Position numbers and translations under genes: made by a program. DNA of 64,000 nucleotides from Ilumatobacteraceae bacterium (GTDB lineage: Bacteria > Actinomycetota > Acidimicrobiia > Acidimicrobiales > Ilumatobacteraceae), in NCBI GenBank assembly GCA_963707515.1, contig CAVPQI010000002.1:280643-344642 (forward strand). Reading direction: 5' to 3'. Positions within the stretch are counted from its first letter, which is position 1. The number at the start of each line of letters is the position of its first letter. Under the pieces are notes generated by a model. That model was not told the origin of the DNA. It made no database searches and was given only the letters and a program-made list of their open reading frames with translations. Below are positions 63,885-64,000 of this stretch, piece after piece.

Positions 63885-64000
63885 GCGATGAGTGTGCGGC
63901 CCGAGGGGTGGGCCGTTCGCTCATCGCGCTCGGGGACGCGGCGGCGGCGATGAGTGTGCGGGCCGAGGGGTGGGCGGTTTGCTCATCGCGCTCGGAGACG
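63885..64000. repeat. two tandem copies (period 62 bp) of a 54-nt hairpin-forming element; array may continue past the window
   Basis: Each copy reads GCGATGAG-TGTG-CGGCCC-GAGGGGT-GGGCCG-TTCG-CTCATCGC-GCTCGG(G/A)GACG, i.e. nested stems. The first copy starts 15 nt after the stop at 63870. Confidence 0.8.

Overview
High-GC, actinobacterial-type chromosomal segment, densely coding on both strands (about 55 protein genes). I found no rRNA, tRNA, CRISPR array, transposase or prophage. Left to right: an SDR / cytochrome P450 / acyl-CoA ligase / VOC cluster; three monosaccharide-type ABC importer gene sets; TetR and MarR regulators; a short-chain acyl-CoA cluster (3-hydroxybutyryl-CoA dehydrogenase, fused isobutyryl-CoA mutase IcmF, acyl-CoA dehydrogenase); a SHOCT-domain mini-cluster next to a large LuxR-type regulator; an arylsulfatase; a CASTOR/POLLUX-like RCK channel; pirin; a dipeptide/oligopeptide-type ABC system; an Anbu-like proteasome homologue in an unusual four-gene operon; an AlaRS catalytic-core paralogue coupled to an MprF/DUF2156-type aminoacyl-lipid synthase gene; a translationally coupled FAD-oxidoreductase / DUF1365 / CFA-synthase / SDR operon; a MoxR / DUF58 / DUF4129 cluster; an HNH (DUF222) endonuclease; and a PlsC-dodecin pair. 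The most unusual points are: (1) an in-frame, almost base-perfect duplication that fuses two ABC permease modules into one 707-aa ORF with atypical codon usage; (2) 14 frame disruptions in 6 otherwise well-conserved genes (12 are +1 insertions, 8 lie in one gene, and one pair is hidden inside an uninterrupted ORF); (3) the non-canonical Anbu operon, with a small very acidic protein and a signal-less peptidoglycan-binding / beta-rich protein; (4) many short tandem-repeat arrays in intergenic regions and at gene ends. Family names come from motifs I recognise by eye; no database search was run. Coordinates of non-coding elements may be off by 1-2 nt.
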